NCBI GenBank assembly: GCA_019828565.1
Contig: JAHDYR010000025.1
Span: 124,001 to 188,000 of the forward strand
DNA from: Carpediemonas membranifera BICM
Lineage: Eukaryota; Protista; Fornicata
Direction of reading: 5' to 3'
DNA length: 64,000 nucleotides
Made by a program: the position numbers and the translations under genes. Below, in pieces: positions 62,923 to 64,000 of this stretch. A model generated the notes under the pieces. The model did no database searches. It was not told the origin of the DNA and saw only the letters and a list, made by a program, of their open reading frames with translations. Position 1 is the stretch's first letter. Each line of letters opens with the position of its first letter.

Positions 62923-64000
62923 ATGCCAGCCTCGTCGCGACTTATTGGCATCGTTAGCCTTCTAAGACAGCTCACTGAGCTCTCAAATGACAAGTATTCT
63001 GCAACAGCGGGCCTGATCCCCGCACATTTGACATCCACACTGCGCCTTCTCGAGCAATCGCTCTCACGGCCGCCGTCTCCCGTACAACTTGATGCCGACG
63101 ATAACCTGGATATCCTTGCGGAGATTGAGCACCTCCTTGTGGCTCTTGAGCAGCTCCCCCAGTTTGAGCAACGAGCGGCTTGCCTCGGCCTCCTGAAGCA
63201 CGCTGTCCTCTACATCCGCAAGCCCCCACGCACAATCAACCTGGATGTACCCCTAGACAAGCTACCCGACGCGATCTTCACTCTGGCGTCCCCTATTCTC
63301 TCCGCCGTCATCATCACGGCGAACGCAGGCCCGGACGTCTGGTTCCTGTGCCAGAAGTTCGCCCTCATGAAGGTACAGTTCGAGAATGGACGCAGACGCA
63401 TCTTCCGCGATGGTCTTGAGACTATCGCCTTCGCTGGCCGCGTCTACTGCAAGGGTGTCAACGTCAACGGGCAGGTCGGCATCGGCAGCGACGTGCCCTT
63501 CATTCCTGAGCTAACCCGGGTGCGGCGGGTCCCGCCCCTCATCGACGTCTTCTACGGCGACACGTGCGTCTTCGGCATCACCGCCACCCACAAGCTTTGG
63601 GCATGGGGCGCCAACTCCTATGGCCAGCTGGGAGTCGGGTCGACCGAGGGCCGCATCAGCAGTCCCATGCGCGTGAGGCTGCCGGCCGACTGCAAGCCCT
63701 ACCTGACCCGCTCAACCCGCCACTCGACGTTTATCGCGACCAACAAGGGCTGGTTCGCCACTGGCCGCAACATGCTGGAGCAGCTGGGACTAGGGCACCG
63801 CCAGTTCGTCCGCACGCCCCAACGCATCAACTTCGGGTCCCACTTGGTGTCAGACATCTACAGCAACTACGACAGCACGTTCGCCTGGACAACGAGCGGC
63901 GAGGTCCTCAGCTGCGGATGGAACGAGTACGGGCAGGCCGGGACGGGCGGGGCCGAACGGACAATCCGGTGGCGTCCCGTGGTCCTGCCGTCGGTCGACC
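62923..64000 (+). CDS. RCC1-repeat protein (runs off the window; not in supplied ORF track)
   Basis: Open frame from ATG 62923: VYCKGVNVNGQVG, LWAWGANSYGQLGVG, FATGRNMLEQLGLG, VLSCGWNEYGQAG. Confidence 0.85.
   Translation, partial: MPASSRLIGIVSLLRQLTELSNDKYSATAGLIPAHLTSTLRLLEQSLSRPPSPVQLDADDNLDILAEIEHLLVALEQLPQFEQRAACLGLLKHAVLYIRKPPRTINLDVPLDKLPDAIFTLASPILSAVIITANAGPDVWFLCQKFALMKVQFENGRRRIFRDGLETIAFAGRVYCKGVNVNGQVGIGSDVPFIPELTRVRRVPPLIDVFYGDTCVFGITATHKLWAWGANSYGQLGVGSTEGRISSPMRVRLPADCKPYLTRSTRHSTFIATNKGWFATGRNMLEQLGLGHRQFVRTPQRINFGSHLVSDIYSNYDSTFAWTTSGEVLSCGWNEYGQAGTGGAERTIRWRPVVLPSVD

Noticed and set aside
1-64000. tRNA or rRNA genes
   Set aside because: No cloverleaf with a T-loop or rRNA-like tract found by eye; tRNAscan-SE and barrnap would be needed to exclude them.

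Overview
Gene-dense eukaryotic (protist) DNA with GC-rich exons, short intergenic gaps and tiny 28-33 nt spliceosomal introns ending in (T/C)ACACAG-like 3' sites. This style suggests a free-living metamonad such as a Carpediemonas-like organism, which is inference only. About 38 host genes are readable, including a formin tail, adenosine deaminase, kinesin, RPS7, a PPP phosphatase, STE24, RFC1, VIP1, gamma-SNAP, BUD13, Nup58, Nup54, MCM4, an AHI1-like gene, Rab11, CHL1/DDX11, VPS23, LMBR1, TRM1, Pierce and an RCC1-repeat gene. The main find is three divergent Fanzor/TnpB-type RuvC elements (6025-8460 minus, 24323-26683 minus, 34328-35934 plus). None has a transposase or terminal inverted repeats. 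Each is bracketed by its own long 25-34 bp direct repeat and carries an omega-RNA-like structure at its 3' end, with covariation between two copies. An apparent empty-site paralogue of one target lies at 9522-9577. Two elements sit in, and duplicate, a recurrent promoter motif (WAWMCTGCR) just upstream of host start codons. Other oddities are a kinesin-chromodomain fusion, Nup54 and Nup58 sharing a near-identical promoter, intron and FG domain, VIP1 with a duplicated phosphatase domain, a GT-AT intron and a PD-(D/E)XK nuclease.
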